This document shows positions 46,501 through 59,138 of a stretch of 64,000 nt of DNA, in pieces. The notes below the pieces were generated by a model. That model did not search any database and had not been told where the DNA came from. It was given only the letters and a program-made list of their open reading frames with translations. The stretch spans positions 2,232,001 through 2,296,000 of the forward strand of contig NC_134035.1 of NCBI RefSeq assembly GCF_964204645.1, read 5' to 3'. The stretch's first letter is position 1. The number at the start of each line of letters is the position of its first letter. Source of the stretch: Tubulanus polymorphus (Eukaryota; Animalia; Nemertea). Both the position numbers and the translations under genes were made by a program.

Positions 46501-49500
46501 GACTGTAAGCTAGTTTGCCCGTGACTTTAAGTAAGTTTGCCTGCGACTGTAAGCTAGTTTGCCCGCGACTGTAAACTAGTTTGCCCGTGACTTTAAGTAA
46601 GTTTGCCTGCGACTGTAAACTAGTTTGCCCGTGACTTTAAGTAAGTTTGCTCGCGACTGTAAACAACAAGTTTGACTGCGTAATTTAAAAACGTACCGGG
46701 CGTATTTGCAATAATTGAAGTAATCGAGTCCTACCCCCGCAGCCGGCAATATCTCGGCATTGATCACGTTGGAAGTAAATGAGACTGTTGATTGGGTTTT
46801 TGCGTTGTTTGTCTAGCTGTTTGGTGTTTTTATTGCCCGATGCTGTTGCACGGCGGTGGTTGTACAGTCTAATACCACGACGATGACGACCGTGTTCATG
46901 TATGTAGTTGTATTACAACCTGCCTGTATAATCAGTCGGCTCAATGAATACCAACTCGATTAATTATTTTTTCCAAACGACCGACCGCGACTGTGGACGA
47001 TGTTAAACATATATCAGAATGCGCAGCGGTTAATTTACCGGTTATGCCCGACGATCGCGAAGGGCTGATTCCATGGCTTTGACTTGAGACCGGTCTAAGG
47101 CAAACTTAGTTCTCTTCTCACTTGGAAATCGGGGAAAATTTGGGGAATAATCTTCTTTTTAAGAAAATGAAGGAATGGCCTGGGAGTTTTGTAGAAAAAA
47201 GCTAAAAATGAGGGAAAAGTCAAGGAAATTAGTTGAGATTGTGCGGGTAAAATCAAACAGTTTCTGTCAATGTCTTACGTATTTGGCAGTGTTATTACTT
47301 GATTTGATATAAGATATTTCGGTTTTGGGAGTAACTCCGACCGGCTGGGAAGGTTGGATTGATTTATTTTTCGGTTCCAGACTTCATCTTATTGTACCCG
47401 AGCAATGAGATGCTCCACTTCTTTTCGATAGCGAAACAAATTAGTTTCCGAATGACAGCTGGATGTGAAAGAGGAAATAAATGTCTTGTTGTTTCTTTTC
47501 GTGTCTCATCGAGATCGCTGCCGTCGTCGTTGTTGCTTTAACTACGTTTTCACCGGTGACTTCTTTTCCTGTTCTGCGACGATTTTAACATATTATTTTC
47601 TTCGACACTGTTATAAGGGAATCATACTGGTGTTGTTGACGGATTTGCCCTAGATTGTGGTTCTACATTGTCGAGCCAATCTTAGGACTAGCGAACTGCA
47701 AATTGCCCCTGATATTCAGTAATTGTTACTATTTTATAACAGGAAATACTGATTTGATTTGTTTGATGCTTACAGAAATATGAAAGATGTCACTTAGGGT
47801 CTTACTGTTGATTACTGATTAATTTGAACAGAAATATGAAAGATGTTACTGAGGGTTTTACTGTTGATTACTGATTAATTTGAACAGAAATATGAAAGAT
47901 GTTACTGAGGGTCTTACCGTTGATTACTGATTAATTTGGACCGAAATATGAAAGATGTTACTGAGCCTGAGGGTCTTACTGTCGATTACTGATTAATTTG
48001 AACAGAAATATAAAAGATGTTACTGAGGGTCTTACTGTTGATTACTGATTAATTTGAACAGAAATATGAAAGATGTTACTGAGGGTCTTACTTTTGATTA
48101 CTGATTAATTTGAGCACTTTCATTCATATGTCAATGGAATGTTATTGAAAAAATTCAATTTGTACAATAGCACTTTCCATAGGTTGGCCTGGACCAGTGT
48201 AAACTCATCTTAACAACTTAACAACTTGAGATCAGTCTAAGCTCCTTCAAGACCACTTTTAGACGTTTTGGTCACGACTGCCGCAACTGAGCCTTTGCCT
48301 CCTAATCTTTTGTCTGATCAATTAATTAATTCATGATTCATTTTTATTTTTTGTAGAGTGCCAGAAGAAGAACCGATCAAACTCGATCCGAAAGATTTCA
48401 TCATCGAAAACAAAAAAGGCGAAACGTTCGGACGAACGCCGGGGAAAGTTCGCGGCCAACAATTCATGATTAATAACTGCGAAGTGAGTCCAACCTGAAT
48501 CAGTGTATCATCTATCATACTGTCTCATTCGTCACATTAGTTCCAGTAAGAACAGTTTCGATGTAAATCAGGGTTAAAAAGAGAACCCGAATGCATTTTG
48601 CATTAACACGGGCATAGGTCACTCACGACATCTGCGAGGTCGACGGGTCATTGCGACACTATCATCGCTCACGGTCGCAGAGAATCACCAAGTCCAACCT
48701 GTACCCGGCTTAATTGAGTTCTATGGCCAGTCTGCGAGGTTGACGGGTCATTGCGACACTATCATCGCTCACGGTCGCAGAGAATCGCCAAGTCCAACCT
48801 GTACCCGGCTTAATTGAGTTCTATGGCCAGTCTGCGAGGTTGACGGGTCATTGCGACACTATCATCGCTCACGGTCGCAGAGAATCACCAAGTCCAACCT
48901 GTACCCGGCTTAATTGAGTTCTATGGCCAGTCTTCGAGGTTGATGGGTCATTGCGACACTATCATCGCTCACGGTCGCAAAGAATCACCAAGTCCAACCT
49001 GTACCCGGCTTAATTAAGTTCTATGGCCAGTCACTCAAAAGATGGTGCCAAAGTAACAATTGAAATTGTATTGTAACTGTGGTATCTATCCACCGGTTAA
49101 CTCTTACCGACTTCTGGGCAACTGACCCCGATGTATGATTGACACGGTGAAGATTAACTAACTGCATTGATGATCTAGAAATACAAAACACTTTTTTTTC
49201 AATCATCAATTTACCGAAAATGCTGCATAAAGTATATTCAGAAATTTAAATGTGTCTGTATTATTAACCTATAAACTCATCGGTTTTCAGAGTCTACTGT
49301 TTGTTGTACAGGAAGTCTATGATAATGATCTTCGAGTTCGCGCAATGAAATCATCATCAAATCATCGCTTCAACTATGACGACTGCCACGAACATAAAAC
49401 TGTGGACATAAATTTGATTTATTATCGATTCCGTGTTTTTCAGGATTGTAATATTTACATATTCGACCATATAGCGACGGTAACAATAGATGATTGTACG

Positions 49501-52500
49501 AATTGTACGATATTCCTCGGTCCAGTTCAACAAAGGTAAAAAAATCATATCATCATCGCTGCTGAATAGTTCTCATACGGCCTTTTTTCACATTGCTCGG
49601 AATGCAGGGGCTGCAGTTGGTCAAAAGTTGGTTATCTTCAGTTATCTTCAACCAACTTTTGGAGCAACTGGCACCAGAACTGTTGAACGGGGGCCAGTTG
49701 CTCCAAAGAGTTAACCAGTTAGAAGCGAGTTGTTGGAGTTAGAGTTAACCAATGAACAGTTGACGTAGTGACAATTAAAAGTTCATTGTTGCTATGGAAT
49801 TTATCCGCCGGTTACCTTTAACGTAACTTTTGAGCAACTGCAGCCCCTGATTTTTACAAGAAAAAATGGAAGAGCAAGGAAAAGATTTCGAAAATGTTTG
49901 GATTCATTTTGTGGATCCTTTTGAGATATTAAGATTCAGCAGTTTTTACCGAACCAAAAACAATTAAGAGCGAAATATCATGAACAAAACATTTTTTGGG
50001 AAAAATTCTAAAATGAAAACTAGAAAAATGAGGACTGAAAGATTTTTTTCTAGATATCTATTTATTTATTTATTTATAATTAGTGTATTTATAGTGCCTG
50101 TACTCACATGATGTGATCAAACAGATTCTAAACAAACAGATATGATGTTGACATCTTAATGTTATGAAGATAACTTAAAACCAGGCTGGCCTTGGTGGGC
50201 GGCACAGATCTGTACTCCGAGTAATTAAAGAAAACGGTGTTGCACTGATAATCCTAGCCAAAAATGTAAACAGTAATTTGGAAATCACGTTTGGTGAACT
50301 GAATGACCAACTGATTTTCTGTGCGTTGTACGTGACATTTAATGGGCTTTACTACGGTGTAAAATCTATTTTTAACTCTGTATCTAACGATCTCCAGACG
50401 ACGGCGACGGGTGACGTTCGCGAGATCAATCATTAATGAAATTTGTTTCTCTCGTTTTTTCTTTTGATCTTAAAATAGGGATTGACCCTTGATATTTATT
50501 TGCGGGGTAGATTTCGTTTGATTTATTCTGATTTGGTGTCTCTTGCAAACCCGCCACACCTGCCGGGAACGAAACAGGGGGTTTGATTTTGAAATCGGAA
50601 ATCGAAGTGCGGATATAGTTGTGTGATCGGCGGTCGAATTTTTTTGTTTAACCCTTTCAGTGCTGACCTAATTAATACCCTATATTGCTGGAGATGATTT
50701 GAAAATTTTGAAAAATTCCACCCTAGTGTGTTGAATTACAGGAATACTACTATAGTGCGTCTACACCGCAGTGCGGTGTATCGTTAGTTACTAATATTGC
50801 ACTGTTTGACAGATGCTGCCATCTTTCAATAGAGATAAAAACTAATTACTAATTACATCAATACACCGCAGTGCGGTGTACTAGCAAAATCCATCACTGA
50901 TTTATACACCACACTGCGGTGTAGACGCACTGAAAGGGTTAACTCGAAGTACGTAATTGGGAAATTCGGTTTCGGTTCGTTCAAACAATCTCTGTTGTTT
51001 TTTTTTCCAGTGTTTACATCCGTGACTGTACGGACATCAGATTGATGGCCGCTTGTCAACAGTATCGTACACGCGATTGTAGGAAAGTCGATACGTATCT
51101 CTGCTGTACAACTCAACCCGTCATCGAATCGTCGACCAGTATGAAATTCGGCTGTTTTCAGTGTTTTTATCCGGAATTAGAACGTACGTAAACCCTGTTT
51201 ACAATATGGCCGCCCTTTAAGTAAAACTATGATGAGTATATGATCTAGTAATGCCAGTCTCTTTTGGTCCTAATAAGACTTTTATCAGGTATGTACTACA
51301 AAAGCTGACCGAGCTAGGCAACCTGATATGCTCTCAAGTCAAGTTAAAATAGACATTAGTTGTTATCGGATAAGTCATCACATAACTTATATTGTCTCTA
51401 TTCCCCTTATGTCAAACATAGTGAAATGTTAAACGCATGATTATGAACTGCGCATTCATCCAGTAGATTGTGGTCAGAAATCTTCATGATAATTTTCTTC
51501 TTTTTTTTTCCCATTTTCTTATGCAGCACAATTCCATAAAGCCGGACTAAGCGTTTATAACAATAACTGGAGCACGATCCATGATTTTACACCAGTCCCC
51601 GGTGAAAATAACTTCTCTATTATGGATAACGTGAGTATGAGACATCTATTTGAACCTGTATGAACGTATATCGGCCGTATGTCAATGAAATAACTGTAGC
51701 CTAATAGCTAGAAGGCAATTTTCGGTGTACGACAGGAACTGGTCATGTTCAATCATTTGTTTGAATCTGTCAATGTATGTCAATTTATGCAGGGCAGGGG
51801 TGGATCCAGAGGCCAATTTTGAAGGACTTATACCGATACTTCCTATTACTCTGAGGAGATACCAGTACCTCCTATTACTCTGAGGAGATACCAGTGCCTC
51901 CTATTACTCTGAGGAGATACCAGTGCTTCCAATTACTCTGAGGAGATACCAGTACCTCCTATTACTCTGAGGAGATACCGGTGCCTCCTATTACTCTGAG
52001 GAGATACCGGTACCTCCTATTACTCTGAGGAGATAACAGTGCCTCCTATTACTCTGTGGAGACACCGGTGCCTCCTATTACTCTGAGGAGATACCAGTAC
52101 CTCCTATTACTCTGAGGAGATACCGGTGCCTCCTATTACTCTGAGGAGATACCAGTACCTCCTAATACCCTGAGGAGATACCAGTGCCTCCTATTACTCT
52201 GAGGAGATACCAGTACCTCCTATTACTCTGAGGAGATACCAGTACCTCCTATTACTCTGAGGAGATACCAGTACCTCCTATTACTCTGAGGAGATACCGG
52301 TGCCTCCTATTACTCTGAGGAGATACCGGTGCCTCCTATTGCTCTGAGTAGATACCGGTGCCTCCTATTACTCTGAGGAGATACCAGTACCTCCTATTAC
52401 TCTGAGGAGATACCGGTGCCTCCTATTACTCTGAGGAGATACCGGTGCCTCCTATTACTCTGAGGAGATACCAGTACCTCCTATTACTCTGAGGAGATAC

Positions 52501-55396
52501 CGGTGCCTCCTATTACTCTGAGGAGATACCAGTACCTCCTATTACTCTGAGGAGATACCGGTGCCTCCTATTACTCTGGCTAACTAACGCTGTGTTAATA
52601 TTATCATTAGTCCATCATGTCAATTTATTGCCCATGAAACGACATGGAGTAATTGCCTTGCCGTGGATAAACTGGTCATAATCATTCAATCATCTATGTA
52701 TATATGTATATGATATACAGCAGAATGCATTCGAGCCAGTCAAATCTCTTTGGACAGGAAAGATTTGCCCGGCTTGAGCGAGATATCCGAGTTGGATGGT
52801 ATCAGATGACCTACTGCTCATTTGAGAGTTTTTGGACTAGATGAAATATGTCCAATTTGAGCGGATTCTGTTGTACCAGCTAAGGTAGTCAGTTGGACTT
52901 GAGAGGGACGATGAATAGGGGGTCAGAAAAATATTCCTTCACCGACGGGATCAGATCTGACATGAACTGCAGTGTCTGTATATAAAGCTAATCTATTATA
53001 ATTCAATGAGTTCAATCCATATTTTGAATCGGGATATCATTTACGGTCCATCTATACATCAATGTTTCTCACCCAGTCCTGGCAGCGTGGTGGTTGTTTC
53101 CACAGAGATCTCCGTCGCTCTACTACGACCCTAGTGTAACCAACTGTGGTACATCAGGCATTAAGGTTCTTGGTGAAAAATGTATGTTAAATATTATATT
53201 TTTTTGATGAATTTAATCCGTCCCAATTAAGGCTAGGTTCCCATTATTTATTTGATTGGTTGATTTGATTTCGCTTGATTCGTTGTCACTTCTGCTTACT
53301 GCCGTTTGATTGTGAAATCTTCGGGTTTTACTGTACTGTGGTGTCTAATATTCTGCTTACTACCAGGAATGAAATGGGTTCTGATCGTAAAATCGGAAAT
53401 CGTGGTGTTTTACTCTATATATTGATGTACCGCTGTATCTCGTATTCCAGGATGAGGAAGCGTCACAACTTTTCTCGCTGCCGACAGCCGACTACTTCCA
53501 CAGTCTACAAAACAAAGTGGCGTTCACCGCGACGAAGTGCGTCGTACCGAAAACTATGGGAAGCCGAAGGAAAATATCGGATGAGGTAAGTACGGGGTGG
53601 CGCCACTATAACTGGAAATCGGGGGAAAGTCTCAGGGAATTTTCCTAAAATAATTCAGGGAATTTTGTTGAGATAGCTAGATCGTCATACATGCATGTGT
53701 AATGTAAAACTCTGCATGCACGTCTACAATTGTTCATGCGATCATCAGGTTTCATGTATAAGGAATTGATAATCTGATCATCCGTACGTAAACTTAGTTA
53801 GCTCGGAATGTTTCATGGCTTTGATATTTATCTAATAGTATATACGACGGCTTCTTCGACTTTGAAAACAGAAGCATATATTCATATGTATATATTAGTA
53901 ATTTGCAGGGTGTTTTTATGAAATATTTACATAAGTCGGTCACGTCACGCGTGTCTCCGCTAAAATTTCTCTTGATAATCCATGCGATTGTTTTTGTTTT
54001 CAGTCATGTTTAATAGTGTTCTTTAACGACGGTGGTCAGCATTACAGAGCGCACAAACTAGTAGAGGAAATGAGAGCCCATGTAAGTATACGCATTGACC
54101 TGAGTTTGAACCACTTCTTATTATGTTTATAGGTTAAAACTCCGCGCAGTTCCGTAGTGTCCCTAGCCAAGACGCTAATCCTCATTGCCACTCCGCACCC
54201 AGCTGTAAGATTCTAGTGTACTGGTGAAGCGGTATGGATAAGTGGTTAGAGGGTTTGATTCTGATATACTGGGTTGTGAGTTTAAACCCTGCACAGTAGC
54301 GTAGCGGCCTTGGCTTTGATTGAGATCGGTCCAAGATCAATAGCCATTTAACAATTCAAGACCAATCTTACGATTTGCTACCAGTTTTGAACTTAAGTCA
54401 TGACTGTCTAACTGTGCTTATAAGTCATTGTTTGGATAAGTCATCAATCCCATGCAGTGATGAGTTTAACTCTACGTGCTGATGATACATTTTTGCAGTG
54501 ATTCGCTTTTCTTCACGTTTCAATGTTTTCTGTGTTTCAATGTTTCAGACTAAGTGCAATTTAGTTCAGACGAAAGAATTAACTATGCAACTGAACGATG
54601 CTAAACGTGTATTCATGTCAGACTCGTACACACATGCTTTAAAACAAGGTAAAACATTTACATTTAGGGATCATTCATTTATTACGTACGCATGAAATTT
54701 GAATTTTCCAAACCGCACTCCCCTTCTGTACGCAAAATCGGCCATTTTTCACATACATCAAGCATTACAGTACGCAATTGCACTGAACCCCTCCCCCCTC
54801 CCCTAATGCATACGTAATAAATGAATGACCCCTTATAGCTTTTCAGCTGTGAGTCTTGATAGAGAGTCATTGTCGTTCTAGGAAATTCTTGTCGAACAAT
54901 AGTGAGTTTTCTGTCTTTGATATCTCGTGGTGAATGATTTACCTATCAGACTGCAAAAATTGGTCGGTCGCCTTAGCATGGCATGCTTCGGGTCCAAAGA
55001 CCCACAAATTTCGATATAAACCGGCCAAAGTAAGAACTTCTTTGCTTACTAGTATATCTCGTTCGATGCTACTAATGTTTATGAAATTGTAGGTTGATTT
55101 TTGTTCAAAGGAGCATTTGGAATAAACTGTTTAACTCTAAATGAATAAGAGTCAATACGAAGTAAAAGAAAAGAAAAAAAGAGACTAAATTATACCCATT
55201 ACGAAATTTATCTATTTCAGGGCCAGTCATCGGTTTCGAATATAACGGTGACGATTGTATACAACTTTGCCAACAGGCGGTCGTCGCCGTGATGCAGGGA
55301 TCGACCGGTCTCGTGTTCGTCAGCCAGAACAAATCGCTCGCCCAACAACAGATCGAAAACTTCTACAACTATGCCGATATGCAAATGGGCTTCTGA
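31525..55396 (+). CDS. RP2: Protein XRP2 (Arl3 GTPase-activating protein; TBCC beta-helix plus NDPK-like domain), 355 aa. Exons 31525-31607, 48357-48483, 49444-49535, 51011-51183, 51527-51630, 53451-53585, 54004-54081, 54549-54648, 55221-55396.
   Basis: N-terminal MGCLFSK dual-acylation motif, [35 protein letters not shown] (arginine finger), [37 protein letters not shown]. Exons total 1068 nt in frame. Confidence 0.96.
33205..33995. repeat. Three dispersed local copies of a 35-80-bp motif (CAATTCAAGTTTTGATGAAGAT...TACTTTCCGC)
   Basis: Copies near 33235, 33806 and 33958. Confidence 0.7.
34249..34642 (-). mobile_element. piggyBac-like MITE, diverged copy with internal duplication
   Basis: TTAA|CCCTTTCA...TGAAAGGG|TTAA, reverse orientation relative to copy 1. 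Confidence 0.8.
35581..35930. repeat. CT-rich low-complexity tract (similar tracts at 41350-41645 and 44670-45010)
   Basis: Polypyrimidine sequence read directly. Confidence 0.95.
36684..37012. repeat. About 46-bp minisatellite, about 7 copies
   Basis: Unit CATGTTTCCGTGTTTCGATAGGGAGCTATTGTCTGTGTCCAGAAAC. Confidence 0.9.
37770..37783 (-). promoter_or_regulatory. CTCF-consensus motif
   Basis: CCACCAGATGGCGC on the minus strand. Confidence 0.55.
38077..38365 (+). mobile_element. piggyBac-like MITE
   Basis: TTAA|CCCTTTCGGTGC...GCACTGAAAGGG|TTCA, same family. Confidence 0.88.
39598..40234. repeat. 75-bp tandem repeat (with 69- and 60-bp variant units)
   Basis: Unit TTATCACCAGGGTGTTGGAGTATATCACACAGTGATAGACAGTCAGCTGCTGGAGGATATCGAATCAACGCTCTA. 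Confidence 0.95.
40412..40583. repeat. About 51-bp tandem repeat, about 3.4 copies
   Basis: Unit TTGAGTCTAAACGTCACTACTCTCTTGGTTTTGAATATGTCTTGTAGAAAG. Confidence 0.9.
43097..43110 (+). promoter_or_regulatory. CTCF-consensus motif
   Basis: CCACCAGGTGGCGC on the plus strand. Confidence 0.55.
43164..43360. repeat. 17-bp tandem repeat (ATACCGCCATACTCTCT)
   Basis: Direct reading. It starts inside a Tc1-like terminus (CCCCGATATACCGCC). Confidence 0.9.
46380..46680. repeat. About 22-bp tandem repeat (AGTTTGCCCGTGACTTTAAGTA variants)
   Basis: Direct reading. Confidence 0.9.
47770..48113. repeat. 56-bp minisatellite, about 6 copies
   Basis: Same unit as 14200-14478. Confidence 0.92.
48631..49032. 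repeat. 100-bp tandem repeat, 4 copies, with internal inverted repeats
   Basis: Units start at 48631, 48731, 48831 and 48931. Confidence 0.95.
50652..50938 (-). mobile_element. piggyBac-like MITE (reverse orientation)
   Basis: TTAA|CCCTTTCAGTGC...GCACTGAAAGGG|TTAA, perfect TIRs. Confidence 0.92.
51838..52578. repeat. 29-bp minisatellite, about 25 copies
   Basis: Unit CCTCCTATTACTCTGAGGAGATACC(A/G)GT(A/G). Confidence 0.97.
54130..54315 (+). mobile_element. Degenerate tRNA-derived SINE fragments
   Basis: A-box-like TGGATAAGTGGTTAGAG and B-box-like GAGTTTAAACCC, plus body GTGTCCCTAGCCAAGACGCTAATCCTCATTGCC...CACCCAGCTGT resembling widespread metazoan SINE central domains. Confidence 0.55.
54667..54832. 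mobile_element. PIF/Harbinger (Tourist-like) MITE, 166 bp
   Basis: TTA|GGGATCATTCATTTATTACGTA...TACGTAATAAATGAATGACCCC|TTA, i.e. a 3-bp TTA TSD. Confidence 0.85.
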
Positions 55397-56701
55397 TGTC
55401 CGCGTTGTTGAACATTGAAAATATCGCATGCGAGTCGAGTTATTTTCGACGAGGGGGGTAGGGGATAAATAGACGCACTACTGTTGTTTTTCAACTGCTA
55501 AGACGACGAGACAAACTTTCGACCGACTTCGAGCTCGGTTACACGTGTTCATCATCGAGAATATACTCAATCCCGTGTCCAGTTTTAAGTCGGAAATGTT
55601 TTCTGAAAATCTTCCAGCTCGCCTTTTCTTCGACGGGGGAACTGCGGAGGCTACTGCGGCGATTGAGGATTCCTCCTATTGTAAGCGAGATCTGCCAGGT
55701 GTCGCTAGTGCAGTAGACTCCGCTCAAGTCGGATCTTTTTGGACCGTAAAAATGTGTCCGACTCAAGTCATATTCAAGTTGGTTGTTATGTATTTCTTAT
55801 AGTGTCACAAAAATATTTCAACAAACATCCAAGTTGAACGTTTATCAGAGTTGATTGGATCCGACTTGAGCGGCCTAGTAACTTGGGTCTCGCGTGTTCA
55901 ATTCTTCTACATGTCATCTAAAATTGAATGAACATTTCTCAGAAATGATTTAATTATGAATGAAAACTTTACCAATCACTGAGTAGAAAAATGCATTCGA
56001 TGTTTATGTGGTTGGTCCTGCGATAATCTTTGAATTCAGGGCCTAGAAATTCAAAATTGGTCGCTTATGAACTGATTTTAGACCGAGTGCTCGTCGACCC
56101 ATTTGGTGGGATAACTAATGTCGCAGTTCCCCGTTCGTAGTAAGGGTGCCCCTATTAGGATTTGATGATTACTTTTATTCGGCGGTCAGTAGTTGTATCT
56201 ATACAAAAGTATATACAGTATATGGTCGTCATAAACTCGTGCTAATCATTATATACAATTAACGCTTTAAGCTGCCAGCTATGAGTTATCTCTCGTACTT
56301 CCGGTTCTAACGCTGTCACCTACGAAAATATTACGTTCGATTTAGAATAATCCTACACTTAGAATGGTATTAGAGTTCTGAAATGTTTCGATGGTTTCAT
56401 CGTATCCTGGGGCTGCAGTTGCTCAAAAGGTGGTTACTGTAAACCAGCGGATAGTTGACATAGTGACAATTAAAACTTCATTATTACTATCTATCTGTTG
56501 GCTATCTTTAACAAACTTTTGGAGCAACTGGCTCCATCCAGAAACGATGAAACGTTCAATGGAGTAAAATCTCAAGAAAACATTTCTGACTCTTTATTGT
56601 CCATTATCATCGTTATAACAAAGTGTTTCATCAATCGTCATATTACGTCCAGAATGGAACAGTTTCTGATGATTAGCTGATGGTTTAATCAAACTCTTGG
56701 T

Positions 56702-57035
56702 CATGGTTCCCACAGAACACAGGGAAATTGGCAAAAACTTGGGAATTTAGAAATAATATTCCCAGTTTGGAAATATTTGGGAATTTGAGAAATTTTCCTC
56801 ATATCAGGGAAATATTTGGGAAATTCATTACATTTCACATATTGCATTTGCCAAGGGCAAATTTTTATAGCAATCTCCCTTGAAAATCATATTCATCAAC
56901 CAGTCACCGCTAAAATGTTGACCGTAGCATGACGATATGTGTTGATTTCCATTTGGGAAAATTGAAAAATCACCCATGAAATACTTTGGAAAAATTTTGG
57001 ATTTTTGAATTCATATAACTGTGGTGGGAACCATG
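56702..57035. mobile_element. TIR element with 6-bp TSD (CTTGGT), hAT-like
   Basis: CTTGGT|CATGGTTCCCAC...GTGGGAACCATG|CTTGGT, with repeated internal GGGAA(A)T. Confidence 0.75.
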
Positions 57036-58621
57036 CTTGGTTCATAATCGATGCTCGTCGGTTGATTCTGAACAGCGGCTGACTATGTAATAGCCCCGTT
57101 GTCAACTATGAGATAACTCGCGGTGAACGAATGAACTCCATAAAGCCTTGTACTTTACAGTGTGTGTATGATGCTACAAATAATTGTGTTTTACTCATTT
57201 ACTCATTGCGTTTAGCGCCTAACAAATGAACGAATGTTAGTAACGGCAGAAAAATTGGAAATTATCAAAATACCAGGGATGAGTTTCGTAGATGAGTTTC
57301 AATTCATGCGGACAAAATAATCCTCGGGAATGTTTTGAAATTTGTCGGTTATTACCATGGTTTTTCATTGTTACTATGGTGGTTGTTGCCCAAGTTGATG
57401 ATTTGCTGCCCCTGGAGGTAATTTTGATACCTCCTTAATGAAATGGAGCCTGGTTCTTAGGTCAGTAATAGGTAATCTGTCCGGGTATTTTGATGTAAAT
57501 TTCAGCAATTAATTTTGATGTGTAACAGGTAGACACTTGTCTAAAATGCAATTGCGCAGTTCAAGTCCAAAAATGGCTTTAAAATCTTACAACTGGTCTT
57601 CAGTGAGCCAAAACTGGCTTAGACTAGTTCTAATTCTAAGTCTCACGACTGGTTCCTGGTGTTGACCATACAATGTTATTGTTATAATGAATAGGAAATT
57701 GTTTCATGCATTTTTGAAATGTAATTTTTTGCACAAACGTTATTAACTCATCTCTGAAATCGAGCTTTTCCGCACCGAAATACTGCATATCAAATACTGC
57801 AAATATCGATGTTTTTTTACTTAACTATAAAACGAGTTTTTTGAAAAGTAATCTTTTAACAGAAAACTTGGAATGAATTTTATCGGTTTGTATCAGATTT
57901 GGTCAGGCATTTGTGGTTGTAGCTACGCCCAATATTTAGATGTACGCATTAAAATGTGATTGATGTATGTGTCTGTAGCCACGTTGTCCGAGGCGGAGCT
58001 ATAGGAAGTATGATATTTATTCGAAATGACGCTTATCAAAAGCTCTAGTCACTGCACAAACATGATCTGACAATATTGAATATTTCAGTGAACTTACCTA
58101 TATTTCACTGTGTCTAGTGTCGATGAGTAATGATCCGGAACAGATTCAGCAATCGTCAGTTTTAGGTCGAACGAAACCAACAATTGTTCAGCAATCTCTC
58201 AAGCTAACATTAACCTTACATGTTAACCGTTTATATATACGCAATATGACTGCGAATGAATTACCTGGTATTGAATCGGTCACGAATATATGGTAAACTT
58301 TTGCCGACCAGGCGCTCTTGATTTTTTTCGCCGCAAATCGAGATTAAACTAATCGTATATATCGGTATGTATGCTTCGATAAAAATCGACGTTTTGTCGA
58401 CTTCGTTTGATGATGAAATCATATCAATTCGTAGATTCCTGCGTGGACAAAACGCGACTGTCTGATTCAATTGAAGAGAAAACCCACAATTATTATGAAG
58501 TACTATCGTAGAACTGATCGAAGATTTTTGAAACAGATTTGAAATCACTTCTGCGTGTCTGTTTTTGAAATTGCTCGTAGTATTTGAGTTGCGAAAAGTC
58601 AAAATCCTCTGTTAGTTTAAC

Positions 58622-58643
58622 TATGGACGTTTTAGAGTCCATG
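58622..58643. mobile_element. 22-bp transposon remnant with 7-bp TSD (GTTTAAC)
   Basis: GTTTAAC-TATGGACGTTTTAGAGTCCATG-GTTTAAC. Right half identical to 25062-25076. Confidence 0.7.
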
Positions 58644-58880
58644 GTTTAACTACGTAATTGTGAGATTTTCATTCAACTCATATCAATACCAAATTAGCTA
58701 TGTGAACAATCGTAAATTTTAAGGACTTAGATATGTAATTTTCGCATCGGGTTTTGTATATGTATTTTCAATTGACGACAAAATATATATTGCGTCTAAG
58801 ATTTGTAATGTATCCATAACTGAAAGCTCTTGAGTTGATGCAGGTATCAATCGACAGCCCAAATCCTGAAGATACTTTGA

Positions 58881-59138
58881 CAGGGTCCGATCTAAGCACT
58901 TCTCCGATCGCCCGGGACAAGTATATTCTCATCAGGGCAAGTAGGTTATCATTATCACTTGTCCCCCGGGCTAGTGCAATTTTATGTCACAAAACCCTTT
59001 TCCCACTCGATAAAACGGATGATTGTGCCACCAATCGGACTGCCTGTGTAGGGCAAGTAGCTTTTGGAGGGGGCAAGCGAAATTTCAGATATGCTTGCCC
59101 ACCGGGCAAGTGGCTTTCATTCCTTAGATCGGACCCTG
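58881..59138. mobile_element. TIR element with 6-bp TSD (CTTTGA), hAT-like
   Basis: CTTTGA|CAGGGTCCGATCTAAG...CTTAGATCGGACCCTG|CTTTGA, perfect 16-bp TIR, repeated subterminal GGGCAAG(T). Confidence 0.82.

Noticed and set aside
51838-52578. CRISPR-like regular short repeats with a hairpin
   Set aside because: Units are contiguous with no unique spacers, there are no cas genes, and the array is in a eukaryotic intron.
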